Shown here: piece after piece, positions 47,387 through 58,710 of the stretch
Layout of the letters: every line of letters starts with the position of its first letter
Position numbering within the stretch: the stretch's first letter is position 1
Source of the DNA: Bacteroidales bacterium
Lineage (GTDB): Bacteria; Bacteroidota; Bacteroidia; Bacteroidales; Lentimicrobiaceae
Assembly (NCBI GenBank): GCA_038325075.1
Contig: JBBQIQ010000004.1
Location: 260 to 64,259 of the forward strand
Length of the DNA: 64,000 nucleotides
Direction of reading: 5' to 3'
Notes under the pieces: generated by a model
The model's database searches: none
What the model was told of the DNA's origin: nothing
The model's input: the letters and a program-made list of their open reading frames with translations, nothing else
Program-made: the position numbers and the translations under genes

Positions 47387-49870
47387 ATGGAAATTTCGAA
47401 AATTAAACTCTTTCTGCTTGGCTTACTATCGTTTAGCTTAATTACTTTTGATGTGAGTGCCCAGGGTGGTCAGGGCAGGGGAGGTGCTTCTGCTGATCGT
47501 CCGGCCATTGGCATCATCAAAGGAAAACTGGTTGATGAATCAACAGGAGCCACCATTGAATACGGCAGTATTGCTGTCATGAGCCAGCGTGATTCGTCAC
47601 TTGCCGGTGGAACTATAAGCGACCCTAAGGGTAACTTCAGAATTGATCAGATAAAGACTGGCCGGTATTTTATAAAAATTCAATTTATCGGTTATAAAAC
47701 AAAGTTGATAAAAGACCTGATCATAAAGCCCGATTCCCCTGAAATCAATCTTGGCTCACTTAAATTGCACAGTAACTCAACCCAAATTGAGGGTGTTGAA
47801 ATTACTGCTGAACGGGAGATGATCAGCAATAATCTTGATAAGAAGGTTATCCAGGTTGATAAAACTATTGCATCCATCGGTGGTACGGCAGCAGATGTTA
47901 TGCAGAATATTCCATCAGTTACGGTGGATGTTGAAGGGAATGTGAGCCTCAGGGGAAGCAGTAATGTAATTATTTTAATCGACGGCAAACCTTCTGGAAT
48001 GGTTGATATCAGTAGCGGGGAATTGCTTCAGCAGATTCCTGCGAGCTCGATTGAGTCGGTTGAGGTCATAACCAACCCTTCGGTCCGGTATGATCCGGAA
48101 GGCACATCGGGCATACTGAACATAGTCTTAAAAAAGAAGAGTCTCCAGGGATTTAATGGCATGGTGAGTGCCACTGCAGGAACCGGCGATCGCTACAATG
48201 GTTCGGTAAATCTTAATTTCAGGCAAAACCGGATTAATATTTTTGCCGGATACGATGCACGTTTAGGCACATTTAATTCTACTGGTGAAACTAAACGTAT
48301 TTCAACTTACGAAGGCATGCAAACATCGCTTTTACAGGATCAGGTGATGGGAAATAAGCGCAATTCCCAAAGTTTGAACACCGGCCTTGATTTTAACATC
48401 GACAATTATAATTCGCTGACTTTTTCATTGCAATACAGACAGATGGTTTTTGGCAGCGAGGGTGATATTTTATCACGCTCCTACAGCGCCAGCGATAGCC
48501 TTATCCGGTCCTTTAACAGATTCAGCAATTCTGACCGTAACATAGAATCATTCACATACAATGTTTCATACAAAAGGAACTTTGATAAGAAGGGGAGAGA
48601 ACTAACCATTGATATGATGGTGAATGACAATAAAATGAGAGGTAGTCAGGAGATTGAACAGAAGGAGCTGCTTTCCGGCTCTGAATTGCTTCTACCAACA
48701 CTTCAGTATTCGGGATCCAACAATACGAACAGGATGTATATGGTCCAGGCCAATTATACGACCCCGTTTGGTAAGGCAGCGAGAGTAGAAACCGGCTTTA
48801 AAAGTACGGTCAAAGACCTGGGTATGCGGAATTACCTGAATGATTATGACCATGAACTGGATACATGGATTTTGAATCCACTGGCAAATAACTATTTTGA
48901 TTACTTTGAACAGGTACATGCTGTTTACGGTATTTACTCCTCTTCCTATAAAAAACTGAAATACCAGGCAGGGCTGAGGGTTGAGCAATTAATTTCAAAT
49001 TCTGAACTCACACTTACCTCGGAAAAATTTGACAGAACCTATCCCAGTCTTTATCCCTCAGTTCATATTTTATACGAACAAAGTGCAAAGCACCAGTTTC
49101 AGCTAAGCTACAGCCGACGTGTTTCGCGCCCTTCTCACAGGCAATTGAATCCTTTTGTTGATTATTCCGATTCATTAAATATCAGATATGGCAATCCAAA
49201 GCTTGATCCGGAGTTTATCAGCTCGTACGAATTAGGTTGGTTATATTTTCAGGGAAAAAGCTCAGTAAATGCCACGGCATTTTATCGATATACCACTGGC
49301 ATGATCGAGCGGATTGTCAGGCTCCAGGAGAACGGAGTAACAGCCGGTACTTTTGAGAACCTTACCAGCGCGACAAATTTCGGACTTGAATTTGTTGCCA
49401 ACCATGAATTGAATAAATGGCTAAAGGCTAATGCGAATGTATCATTGTTCAGGGCGGTTGTTGAAGGAAATGAAGCGGTGGGGATTGAGCGGGTGGAAGG
49501 CAATATGTGGACTGCCAAGGTTAATTTAACTTATAGTCCGATGAAAAATGCTTCTTTTTTGGTTTCCGGCAATTATCGTTCTCCTGAAATAGAGGCCCAG
49601 GACCGGGAAGAGGCTGTTTATTTTTCGGACATAGCATTCAAGTATGACTTTCTGAAAGGGAAGGCCTCGTTAAGCCTGAGGGTGAGTGATGTGTTTAATA
49701 GCCGGCGATTTGATTCAGAAACAACTGGTGTAGGATTTGTAACCACGAGCAAGCGTAAAATGGAAACCAGGGTAGGCTATCTTGGATTTAGCTATCGTAT
49801 CAATAATTACAACCGCCAAAAAGAGAGAGACCGCAATGGTCAGGGGGAGTCGGAAATAGAAGAATTTTAG
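47387..49870 (+). CDS. TonB-dependent receptor / outer-membrane beta-barrel protein
   Basis: Carboxypeptidase-like N-domain, plug (IESVEVITNPSVRYDPEG), barrel; TACCTTTG at 47356-47363 favours the MEISK start. Confidence 0.88.
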   Translation: MEISKIKLFLLGLLSFSLITFDVSAQGGQGRGGASADRPAIGIIKGKLVDESTGATIEYGSIAVMSQRDSSLAGGTISDPKGNFRIDQIKTGRYFIKIQFIGYKTKLIKDLIIKPDSPEINLGSLKLHSNSTQIEGVEITAEREMISNNLDKKVIQVDKTIASIGGTAADVMQNIPSVTVDVEGNVSLRGSSNVIILIDGKPSGMVDISSGELLQQIPASSIESVEVITNPSVRYDPEGTSGILNIVLKKKSLQGFNGMVSATAGTGDRYNGSVNLNFRQNRINIFAGYDARLGTFNSTGETKRISTYEGMQTSLLQDQVMGNKRNSQSLNTGLDFNIDNYNSLTFSLQYRQMVFGSEGDILSRSYSASDSLIRSFNRFSNSDRNIESFTYNVSYKRNFDKKGRELTIDMMVNDNKMRGSQEIEQKELLSGSELLLPTLQYSGSNNTNRMYMVQANYTTPFGKAARVETGFKSTVKDLGMRNYLNDYDHELDTWILNPLANNYFDYFEQVHAVYGIYSSSYKKLKYQAGLRVEQLISNSELTLTSEKFDRTYPSLYPSVHILYEQSAKHQFQLSYSRRVSRPSHRQLNPFVDYSDSLNIRYGNPKLDPEFISSYELGWLYFQGKSSVNATAFYRYTTGMIERIVRLQENGVTAGTFENLTSATNFGLEFVANHELNKWLKANANVSLFRAVVEGNEAVGIERVEGNMWTAKVNLTYSPMKNASFLVSGNYRSPEIEAQDREEAVYFSDIAFKYDFLKGKASLSLRVSDVFNSRRFDSETTGVGFVTTSKRKMETRVGYLGFSYRINNYNRQKERDRNGQGESEIEEF

Positions 49871-50703
49871 TCTTTCCGCATTGCCTTGTAAACGCTAAAC
49901 GGGATTTCCATAAACAGTCCTTTCGACTTTGAGGCAATCTGGTTAAGCCTCTTTTCAAGAAGTTCTTTTATCGTAACTCTGTTATCTTCGGATATCAAAG
50001 AAAGCCATGACTGGAGAAAATGCAGCCTGATCAGATGGTGGTTCAGGAAGGCAGTACCATCGGAAAACTTAAGCTGGAATGAAAATACATCTGCCGAAAT
50101 TACATTAAACCCGGCTTCTTCAGTTAGCCTGCTCATTTCTTCAGGTGATTTCCTTTTAAGATCAATGTGGATATCCACATCAGCCCTTAAATTCCCTAAG
50201 CCTGTGTCATGCAGTATGCTTTTAAACGTATCATAGAATGTTGACATTGTTCCCGGGAGGTTGGCTGTGAAGATCATAGAGGCACCTTTTTTTGACACCC
50301 GGCGACATTCGCTCAGAGCATCTTTCAGAGACGAAACATTATTTAACCCATTGTTAGAAGTAATCAGTGTAATACTTTCATTATCAACGGGCATTTTTTC
50401 GGCAGATGCAAGAATCAGATCAACATTGCCGATCTGGTAAAACCCAACTTTAGATCGAATTCTGTCAAGGCCCTCAGCCCACAGGTCAATTCCGCAAAAG
50501 TGACTCTGGGCGCCGAAGCGCTGGGCTAATTCCAGCAAAGGAAACCCTGAACCGCATCCGATATCAAGTGCTTCGACCGGTTTCGAATAATCAACTGCTT
50601 CAAGAAGTTTTAGCCCGAAAGGGGCCGACCAAAGAGGCAATTCGTCGTAGAAAGCTGCCAATTCATGGTCGTTAAAGTCGGAAGAAGAAAAGATTTTTTT
50701 CAT
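49867..50703 (-). CDS. Class I SAM-dependent methyltransferase
   Basis: LDIGCGSG motif I. Confidence 0.88.
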   Translation of the reverse strand: MKKIFSSSDFNDHELAAFYDELPLWSAPFGLKLLEAVDYSKPVEALDIGCGSGFPLLELAQRFGAQSHFCGIDLWAEGLDRIRSKVGFYQIGNVDLILASAEKMPVDNESITLITSNNGLNNVSSLKDALSECRRVSKKGASMIFTANLPGTMSTFYDTFKSILHDTGLGNLRADVDIHIDLKRKSPEEMSRLTEEAGFNVISADVFSFQLKFSDGTAFLNHHLIRLHFLQSWLSLISEDNRVTIKELLEKRLNQIASKSKGLFMEIPFSVYKAMRKD

Positions 50704-51743
50704 CTGTCACCAAATGAAATACCCATTTTGCGTGCTTTTTCAATAAGCGGATAATCTTCAGGCACCAGCTTTAGTTTGTTGCCTGCCTCGCTTAACGCGA
50801 CAGATGTGATTTTGCCGTTGATTGAGGCTACCATATTGCCAAATTTATTTTCTGCAATCAGTTCTACAGCGTGTGCGCCGTACCTTGTTGCAAGTATCCT
50901 GTCCATTGGGGAAGGACTACCCCCGCGTTGAATGTATCCGAGGATTGTTTCGCGGGTTTCGAGGCCGGTATATTTCTGAATTGATTGTGACACATGGTTT
51001 GCAGCCGAGATGCCTTTGGGCTTGACGATGCCTTCTGCAACTACAACAATGGAATATGCTTTTTTATTCATGGCTCTTTTGAGCAGGTAATTGGCCACAA
51101 CTTCTTCTTTAAAGGGAATTTCTGGGAGTAGAATAACGTCGCCCCCACCGGCAATGCCTGAAAACAGTGCAAGCCAGCCTGCGTGGTGACCCATAAGTTC
51201 AATTACCATTATGCGCTTATGGGAGTTGGCCGTGGTGTGCAGCCTGTCAATGGCATCAGTAGCTATCCAAACGGCTGAATCAAAGCCAAAAGTTACGTCT
51301 GTACCCCAGACATCATTATCAATTGTTTTCGGCACCCCAACCACGTTAAGACCTTCTTCTGCAAGTAAAGCCGCGGTTCTCATAGTCCCGTTTCCGCCAA
51401 TACAAACCAGGCAGTCGAGGCCCATTTCGTGGTAATGTTTTTTAATCAGTTTGGGTTTGTCAGATTTTGCGGACCCTGCATTGTCTTTCTTATAGGGTTT
51501 CTCTCTCGAAGTGCCTAAAATTGTTCCACCAAAAGTCAGAATTCCTGAAAGTTGATTTTCCTCCAGTCTGGCGTAATCTTTTTCGATCAGTCCAAGAAAC
51601 CCGGACGAGATTCCATAAATCTCCATTCCATATTCTGCAATTGCAGTTTTCCCAACGCCCCTGATGGCAGCATTGATACCCGGGCAATCGCCTCCGGCTG
51701 TGAGAATGCCTATTTTACGGGCTGTTTTTTTTATTTTGGCCAC
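50700..51743 (-). CDS. pfkA: 6-phosphofructokinase
   Basis: TAGGDCPGINA, IGGNGT, PKTIDND, ELMGHHAGW, GYIQRGG. Confidence 0.95.
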   Translation of the reverse strand: MAKIKKTARKIGILTAGGDCPGINAAIRGVGKTAIAEYGMEIYGISSGFLGLIEKDYARLEENQLSGILTFGGTILGTSREKPYKKDNAGSAKSDKPKLIKKHYHEMGLDCLVCIGGNGTMRTAALLAEEGLNVVGVPKTIDNDVWGTDVTFGFDSAVWIATDAIDRLHTTANSHKRIMVIELMGHHAGWLALFSGIAGGGDVILLPEIPFKEEVVANYLLKRAMNKKAYSIVVVAEGIVKPKGISAANHVSQSIQKYTGLETRETILGYIQRGGSPSPMDRILATRYGAHAVELIAENKFGNMVASINGKITSVALSEAGNKLKLVPEDYPLIEKARKMGISFGDR

Positions 51744-52020
51744 CTGGGTCGGATTAAAAATAATGAATTATTTGCTGGTGAAAATTACTATTAATTCAAA
51801 GTAAATGATTGGAGTGCCTGATTGATTTATCAGTATTTTATCAACAGTTTGGATAAATGCTATCATGGTTTCATTTTTTTTTGCTGATTTCAGATTCTGT
51901 AGAAAATGGTATTTTTTTATAAGAATGCCTGAGTTTGATATGGGTTATGAAAAATGCGATATGTAATCTTATATATGTGAGGAATTGTTATAAATTTGAG
52001 GCTTATCAAAGGCCAATTCA

Positions 52021-54981
52021 ATGAAATCAGGCTTTGTCTTTGTACTATTTTTTAACCTCCTGATGCTGACATTTAGCATTCAGGCGCAGCACCCTGTGTA
52101 TCGAAACTATACAGTTGATGATGGTTTGCTCAGTAATGAGATTTACCATGTTACTCAGGACTCAAAAGGATATATCTGGATAGCATCAAACATGGGTGTT
52201 AGCCGTTATGACGGGAAGCAATTCCGTAATTTCGACAAACAGGACGGATTGCCTGAAAATACAGTGTTTGAGATCTATGAAGATAGCAAAGGAAGAGTCT
52301 GGTTTGTTTCATTTCCTTGTCAGTTGTCATATTTTTATAATGATACGATACATGCATACAGATATAATGATAAATTAAAGGAATTTGCAGGGAATGGAAC
52401 AATGCCTGTTAAAGGCTCTTTTCTGGTGAACAACGATGAAAGCCTTTACATTGGTTTTCTTGTTAAAGGGCTGTATTTCATCAATTCGCATGGGGATCTG
52501 GTTCAATATGAGGGATCTGGGAAAAACTACAATTTAAAAATAACAGAAAAGGGAGAAAAGCTTTTGTTATCACAATTGGCAGGCAAACTACTTAGTGATA
52601 CAGCCGAAGTTAGTACTTCAATTGTTTCAAAAAAGTTTCTTTTAAAAAGATCACCCAACTATTCCTATTCAAATATTTATGCTTCAAAAGACAAAAATGC
52701 TGTTTTTTTTGCCCGGAATGAATTCCTGAACAGAATTAGTTCAAAGGGCATTTTATCAGAAAAAAACATGATTAGCCGGATTATTCATATTAATTCTGAT
52801 TTAAATAATGATCTGTGGGTCGGAACTGATAAGACGGGGGTTTTTTGTTTTAAAAATGGGAATATCCTCTCAGAACCAATTCTTCATTACCTTGATAATA
52901 TTTCAGTTTCATCTATTCTCTTTGATAAAGAAGGTGGAAAATGGTTCAGCTCCCTCGAAAGTGGGCTCTATTACCTGCCTTCGTCAAGTTTCAGTTCTTA
53001 TACAACAGATGACGGCTTAACAAGCATGAAAATAAATACACTCGAATTGTTCCAAAACCAATTGATCATAGGCACAAATGATCCTTATATAAATATCCTG
53101 GGGGAAGGCAATCTTACTGTAAAAAAAATAGCTGAAAGTCTGAACGGATATATTATGAAATTACATAATGATGAGGACAAAGTACTTTGGATTGGCACAA
53201 ATGATTATCTGTATTCATTCAGGAACGGGATAGCAGTCAAATTTTCAAATAATCACAGGAAAATAAAAACAAAGGAAAAAACAAGGGGCGTTTTTAGTAT
53301 AAAAGACCTCATCACCGATAGTAAAGGCCGACTGATAATCGGGGAATCAATGAGTTTAAGTTTTTTCGCCAATGGAAACGTAATATATAACTCCTACTTT
53401 GATGATGATATTGAAATTAGAATTGAGGCTGTTTTGGAGATCAATGGTGGTGATTATCTTTTAGGCACAAATAATGGCTTGTGGAAATATTCAAATGGCC
53501 GGTTTGAGAATTTGGGCAAGAAAGATCCGTCCTTAAAACTTCGCATAACGGATATTTTATATTCAAAGCAACATGATGCTCTCATTATAGGTACAAAAGG
53601 TTCTGGTTTAATTTTTCAATATAAAGATTCAACCATATCAATAACTAAATTAAACGGTCTTTCCAGCAATTCAATATCATCTTTATTCTTATCAGGCAAC
53701 AATCTGTGGATTGCTACAAATTATGGACTTAATGTTCTGGATATTAGCAAAATAGGAAGCAAGGATATTAAGATTACTTCTTATTATAAACTTAACGGAT
53801 TGATATCTAATGAAATAAATGACATTACGGGTGACAGTAACAATATTTACATTGCTACATACCGGGGACTTACTATATTTAACTACCGCAACTACCATCC
53901 TTTATTGGTAACCCCGCCGGTTTATATCAGTTCTTTCAGAATTATGAAAAAGGACACTACAATTAAATCGGGATATAGGCTCAGTAGTTCTCAGAATTTG
54001 ATAACCATTAAATTTATCGGGATTTCATTCCGTGAAGCCGCAAATCTCAAATATAAATACAGGCTTGAAGGACTGGACTCAAAATGGAATTATACTTCAA
54101 ACACAGAAGTTGAATATGCATTTTTACCCCCGGGAAATTATAATTTTGAAGTGTTGGCTATTAATTCTGATGGTATCGAAAGCGCTGACCCTGCCCATAT
54201 TGGGTTCACGATTTTACCGCCTTTCTGGAAAACCTGGTGGTTTATTTTACTTGCGCTATCAACAATTGCAGCCATTGCTTATTTCTATTATACTAGTCGC
54301 TTGAAGCAAATCAGGAAGGAACACGGGTTGCGGAATGACATTGACTGGTATCGCCAGCAGGCATTGGCCAAGCAAATGGATCCTCATTTTGTATTCAATA
54401 CGCTAAATTCCATACAATCCTTTATTATAAAAAACGACAGGTTGGCCTCCTCCCAGTATTTATCAAAATTTGCGAGATTAATGCGAATTATCCTGAATAG
54501 TTCTCAAAAACAGGCAGTTCCCTTGAGTGATGAGATTTCAGCACTTACTTTATATCTCGAATTGGAATCACTCAGATTTCAGCAAAAGTTTGATTACAAT
54601 CTTGTTGTCGATCCGTCGATTGACTCTTCGGCTTGTTTTATTCCGGCATTCTTAATTCAGCCGGTCATAGAAAATGCCATCTGGCATGGGATTATGGGGC
54701 TCAAAACGACCGGCCGCATTGATATTGAATTTCAAAAGAATCAGAACCAACTTACCTGTATAGTTGAAGATAATGGCATAGGTCGAAAGCGCTCAATGGA
54801 GCTTAAGATTGCTGTTCCGGTCACCAAACAGTCTTACGGAATAGCTCTGGTTGAATCGCGGCTTGAATTACTGAATAATCTTTATGATATCGATATGAAG
54901 ATCCTGATTGTTGACCTTTATAATGAAAATGGCCAACCATCAGGTACGAGAGTAATCATCAATCTCCCTTTGATTTCATAG
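52021..54981 (+). CDS. LytS-type sensor histidine kinase with beta-propeller and Y_Y_Y periplasmic sensor
   Basis: DDGL..N repeats, YKYRLEGLD, QMDPHFVFNTLNSI, ENAIWHG. Confidence 0.9.
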   Translation: MKSGFVFVLFFNLLMLTFSIQAQHPVYRNYTVDDGLLSNEIYHVTQDSKGYIWIASNMGVSRYDGKQFRNFDKQDGLPENTVFEIYEDSKGRVWFVSFPCQLSYFYNDTIHAYRYNDKLKEFAGNGTMPVKGSFLVNNDESLYIGFLVKGLYFINSHGDLVQYEGSGKNYNLKITEKGEKLLLSQLAGKLLSDTAEVSTSIVSKKFLLKRSPNYSYSNIYASKDKNAVFFARNEFLNRISSKGILSEKNMISRIIHINSDLNNDLWVGTDKTGVFCFKNGNILSEPILHYLDNISVSSILFDKEGGKWFSSLESGLYYLPSSSFSSYTTDDGLTSMKINTLELFQNQLIIGTNDPYINILGEGNLTVKKIAESLNGYIMKLHNDEDKVLWIGTNDYLYSFRNGIAVKFSNNHRKIKTKEKTRGVFSIKDLITDSKGRLIIGESMSLSFFANGNVIYNSYFDDDIEIRIEAVLEINGGDYLLGTNNGLWKYSNGRFENLGKKDPSLKLRITDILYSKQHDALIIGTKGSGLIFQYKDSTISITKLNGLSSNSISSLFLSGNNLWIATNYGLNVLDISKIGSKDIKITSYYKLNGLISNEINDITGDSNNIYIATYRGLTIFNYRNYHPLLVTPPVYISSFRIMKKDTTIKSGYRLSSSQNLITIKFIGISFREAANLKYKYRLEGLDSKWNYTSNTEVEYAFLPPGNYNFEVLAINSDGIESADPAHIGFTILPPFWKTWWFILLALSTIAAIAYFYYTSRLKQIRKEHGLRNDIDWYRQQALAKQMDPHFVFNTLNSIQSFIIKNDRLASSQYLSKFARLMRIILNSSQKQAVPLSDEISALTLYLELESLRFQQKFDYNLVVDPSIDSSACFIPAFLIQPVIENAIWHGIMGLKTTGRIDIEFQKNQNQLTCIVEDNGIGRKRSMELKIAVPVTKQSYGIALVESRLELLNNLYDIDMKILIVDLYNENGQPSGTRVIINLPLIS

Positions 54982-54986
54982 AGGGA

Positions 54987-56210
54987 TCATACATTCAGCT
55001 TTTCCCCTTCCGATTTTGCAATAATGGCAGCAGCACAGGTGTCGCCAAAAACATTCACCGCTGTCCTGAACATATCAAGAATGCGGTCCACGGCTAAAAT
55101 CAGTCCGATCCCTTCGAGAGGCAAACCGACAGCCTTCAGCACAATAGCCATCATAACCAGTCCGGCCATCGGAATTCCCGCTGAGCCTATAGCAGCCAAA
55201 AGGGCCGTTAAAACAACAACTGATTGTTGAATCCAGGTCAACTCAATGCCATAAGCCTGGGCAATGAAGATAACGGCCACACACTCGTAAAGAGCAGTGC
55301 CGTTCATGTTTATTGTAGCACCCAACGGGAGGGTAAAGCTTGATATCTTATTCGAAACCCCATCTTTGTTTTCTACGGCTGCGATGGTCAGGGGTAATGT
55401 AGCACTGGATGATGAAGTGGAGAACGCAGTTAACAAGGGGGTTGACATATTTCTGATGTGCTTCCATGGATTTATACGGACAGTTAACCACATGATTAAT
55501 GGAAGGGTAAACAACGAATGTATAAACAAGGCTGATAATACGGTTAACATGTAAAACCCAAGGCTGGAGAAAATGTTGATAAGTGCTTCTCTGTCTCCGG
55601 CATATTGAGATATTACGGTCGCCATTATTGCAAAAACGCCAATGGGGGTTAGCTTTATAACGGACATGGTAATCCTCATCATAACTTCAAAAACCGCATT
55701 AAAAAAACTCAGGATTGGCTCCTGATACTGTTTCTTAACCATGTTTGTAAAGAATCCGAAAGTCATCGCAAAGAAGATGATGGGCAACATATCCCCGGTG
55801 GCCAGCGATTTGAAAATATTGTCAGGTATAGCCTTAAGGAGAATCTGACCGATAGATTGATCGGCCACCGGAAGATCTTTAACATTACCGGCAAAACTAA
55901 GATCGATGCCAATTCCAGGTTTTACCAGGTTAACCAGAAAAAGCCCGAGAACTATTGCCAACAGGCTGGTTATTATGTAGAAAGAGATTGTTTTAAGCCC
56001 TAATCGCCCCATGTTCTCAGGACTTCCAATTCCACCTACACCTGTAACGATTGAGCTGAAAATCAATGGAATGATGACCATTTTGAGTAGTTGAAGGAAT
56101 AAATTCCCCATCCAGCTAATCAGGTTTACGTAAGGAAACAGGTAAATAGCGAATAGTGTTCCGGCTATCAGTGCAATTAATATCTGCCAATGCAAATCGA
56201 GTCTTTTCAT
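54987..56210 (-). CDS. Dicarboxylate/amino acid:cation symporter (GltP family)
   Basis: FSTSSSSATLP, PLGATINMNGT, DRILDMFRTAVN. Confidence 0.93.
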   Translation of the reverse strand: MKRLDLHWQILIALIAGTLFAIYLFPYVNLISWMGNLFLQLLKMVIIPLIFSSIVTGVGGIGSPENMGRLGLKTISFYIITSLLAIVLGLFLVNLVKPGIGIDLSFAGNVKDLPVADQSIGQILLKAIPDNIFKSLATGDMLPIIFFAMTFGFFTNMVKKQYQEPILSFFNAVFEVMMRITMSVIKLTPIGVFAIMATVISQYAGDREALINIFSSLGFYMLTVLSALFIHSLFTLPLIMWLTVRINPWKHIRNMSTPLLTAFSTSSSSATLPLTIAAVENKDGVSNKISSFTLPLGATINMNGTALYECVAVIFIAQAYGIELTWIQQSVVVLTALLAAIGSAGIPMAGLVMMAIVLKAVGLPLEGIGLILAVDRILDMFRTAVNVFGDTCAAAIIAKSEGEKLNV

Positions 56211-56368
56211 CAGGTTTGTCTATTGATTTTCAATGATTTGATGATTCCGGAATGTACTGAATAGAAAAGTCCTTTGTTATTGGTTGCAAACATACGTATC
56301 CCCGATGGATTTTTTTTGAATCAGGAACAGATATTAATTACTTTTGGCTTAACAGAATTCTCAGACCT

Positions 56369-57928
56369 ATGTTTAAATTGTTTTTGTTCCTTTTCATTAA
56401 TGCGTTATGGTTGCGGGTTAGCTATGGACAGCATCAGAATGTTGTGATTGGAACCATGCGCGAGCCCAATGAACCTTCCATTGTCATCAATCCTAAAAAT
56501 CCTGATCTGATGATGGCCGGCGCCAATCTGGATAACTATTATTTTTCAAATGACGGAGGCTATACCTGGAGCGAAAATCGTTTGTTTTCCTCTACACTTG
56601 GGGTTTGGGGTGATCCCTGCGTTGTGGTTGATACATTGGGGCATTTTTACTTTTTTCATTTATCTAACCCGCCGGGCCCTGCCTGGATCGACCGGATTGT
56701 TTGTCAGAAAAGCACCGACAACGGCGCTACCTGGAGCCAGGGAACAGGCATCGGCTTAAATGGCAGCAAGGAGCAGGATAAGGAATGGGCCATCGTTGAT
56801 GTAAAAACAAACAATATATACGTTACCTGGACCCAGTTCGATAGCTATGGCAGTTTTGATCCGGCCGATAGTACTACCATCCTTTTTTCGGGATCATCAG
56901 ATCAGGGCGCAACCTGGTCTGATCCAGTCAGGATAAATAAAATAGCCGGTGATTGCATCGATGGTGATAACACGGTGGAAGGCGCTGTGCCGGCGATGGG
57001 CCCCGAAGGTCAGATTTATGTGGCATGGGCCGGTCCTTTGGGAATCATGTTCGACCGTTCGCCTGACGGGGGGCTGACCTGGCCCGAAGAAGACATTTTT
57101 GTAACAGACCTCCCGGGCGGCTGGGACTATAGTATCCCTGATATCTCACGGGCCAATGGTTTACCGATAACCTGCTGCGATCTAAGCCAGGGTCCGAACC
57201 GGGGAACAATCTACATCAACTGGTCCGATCAGCGGAATGGCTCTGCGGATACCGATGTCTGGCTGGTCAAATCAGTGGATGGCGGAAACACCTGGTCTTC
57301 TCCGGAAAGGGTAAACGACGATCCTCCCGGGAAGCAGCAGTTCTTTTGCTGGATGACTGTCGATCAGGTGACTGGCAAACTCTGGTTCGTTTATTACGAC
57401 AGAAGGAATTATGACGACTCCACCACCGATGTTTATATGGCAGTTTCTGATGATGGGGGTAATACCTATAGTAACTTTAAGGTAAGCGAAAGCCCTTTTT
57501 ATCCAACTGAAAGTATATTTTTTGGAGACTATACCAATATTTCTGCCCACAACGATATAGTAAGGCCAATCTGGACCCGGTTACACAATAACGAATTGAG
57601 CATTCTTACGGCCATTGTTGATCCATTGGTAACCGGTTTCAATGATATTATGCCATTTTCTTTCAACGATTTCCAATCATTCCCTAACCCATTCAGACAG
57701 AATGTTTCTATATCCTTTAAGTTGATTTCCGAATCCGTGGTCAGTCTTGAATTTTTCAATTCAACCGGACAAAAAATCGTTAACCTGATCGATTCGGAAC
57801 TTTTACCCCCTGGGAAATACGTAAAAACATTTGATGCAAAAGTTTATAACCTTAGTCCGGGTTTTTATTATTTCAGCCTGATTTCCGGAAACCTTCAGAC
57901 AAAAAACAAGGTTGTGCTCGCGCCCTGA
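56369..57928 (+). CDS. BNR/Asp-box (sialidase-like) protein with T9SS CTD
   Basis: Repeated S-x-D-x-G-x-T-W boxes; CTD FPNPF...GFYYF. Confidence 0.8.
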   Translation: MFKLFLFLFINALWLRVSYGQHQNVVIGTMREPNEPSIVINPKNPDLMMAGANLDNYYFSNDGGYTWSENRLFSSTLGVWGDPCVVVDTLGHFYFFHLSNPPGPAWIDRIVCQKSTDNGATWSQGTGIGLNGSKEQDKEWAIVDVKTNNIYVTWTQFDSYGSFDPADSTTILFSGSSDQGATWSDPVRINKIAGDCIDGDNTVEGAVPAMGPEGQIYVAWAGPLGIMFDRSPDGGLTWPEEDIFVTDLPGGWDYSIPDISRANGLPITCCDLSQGPNRGTIYINWSDQRNGSADTDVWLVKSVDGGNTWSSPERVNDDPPGKQQFFCWMTVDQVTGKLWFVYYDRRNYDDSTTDVYMAVSDDGGNTYSNFKVSESPFYPTESIFFGDYTNISAHNDIVRPIWTRLHNNELSILTAIVDPLVTGFNDIMPFSFNDFQSFPNPFRQNVSISFKLISESVVSLEFFNSTGQKIVNLIDSELLPPGKYVKTFDAKVYNLSPGFYYFSLISGNLQTKNKVVLAP

Positions 57929-58019
57929 GTTGGAGCGGAATGCGCACTTTTACAATTGGATATGGATTTTTTGTATTTTCGCGAACCGTTGCCCGGATTA
58001 TATCATTAATAAATTTTAA

Positions 58020-58637
58020 ATGGACGAACAGTTTCGCAGGATTCTGACCGGCGTCAGGGAAATGTCCCTGAGCATCGGTGTCAGAAAATTAACTTTAAAT
58101 AATATTTGCAAGAATCTTCAGATTACGAGAGCGGAACTTAAGCAATATGTTTCAAGCGAAGCTGAACTGGTTGAGAAAGTGCTCGAATTAGAAAGGGAGT
58201 CCTTTAAATCAATTTTCGATAAACATAATTTCGAAGACGTTAATGCCATCGACATCCTGCTGATCGTGAGCCAGGAGATGAATGGCCGATTCCGTGATCT
58301 TACACCTTCTATCACATTCGACCTTAAGACATTGTATCCTGAAATCTACCAACACCATATTGAGCAGCGTATTGAGTTTATTTTCAGCAAAATAAAGATT
58401 AACATTGAGAAAGGGATACGGCAGGGAATGTACCGGCAGGACATCAGTATAGAACTCTTGGCGCGTTTGTACATCAGCCGTCTGATCGACCTGCACAACC
58501 CGGTTTTCTTCCCGCCCGATAAATTTTCTTTCCCGATGCTTTTCGAGGTCATGTTTGAGAATTTTATCAGGGGCATTGCCAACGATGAAGGACTGGCATA
58601 TTTTAAAAAGAAAAAAAAATCCTACCGACCCTGCTGA
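58020..58637 (+). CDS. TetR/AcrR-like regulator
   Basis: N-terminal HTH-like segment and a TetR-type C-domain (GIRQGMYRQDI). Confidence 0.75.
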   Translation: MDEQFRRILTGVREMSLSIGVRKLTLNNICKNLQITRAELKQYVSSEAELVEKVLELERESFKSIFDKHNFEDVNAIDILLIVSQEMNGRFRDLTPSITFDLKTLYPEIYQHHIEQRIEFIFSKIKINIEKGIRQGMYRQDISIELLARLYISRLIDLHNPVFFPPDKFSFPMLFEVMFENFIRGIANDEGLAYFKKKKKSYRPC

Positions 58638-58710
58638 TTGTCCTTCTTGTGTGTTTTGGTTTTGAACTTATTAACGGAATTGCCCCTGAGGCAATTCAAT
58701 TTCCTGAAAT

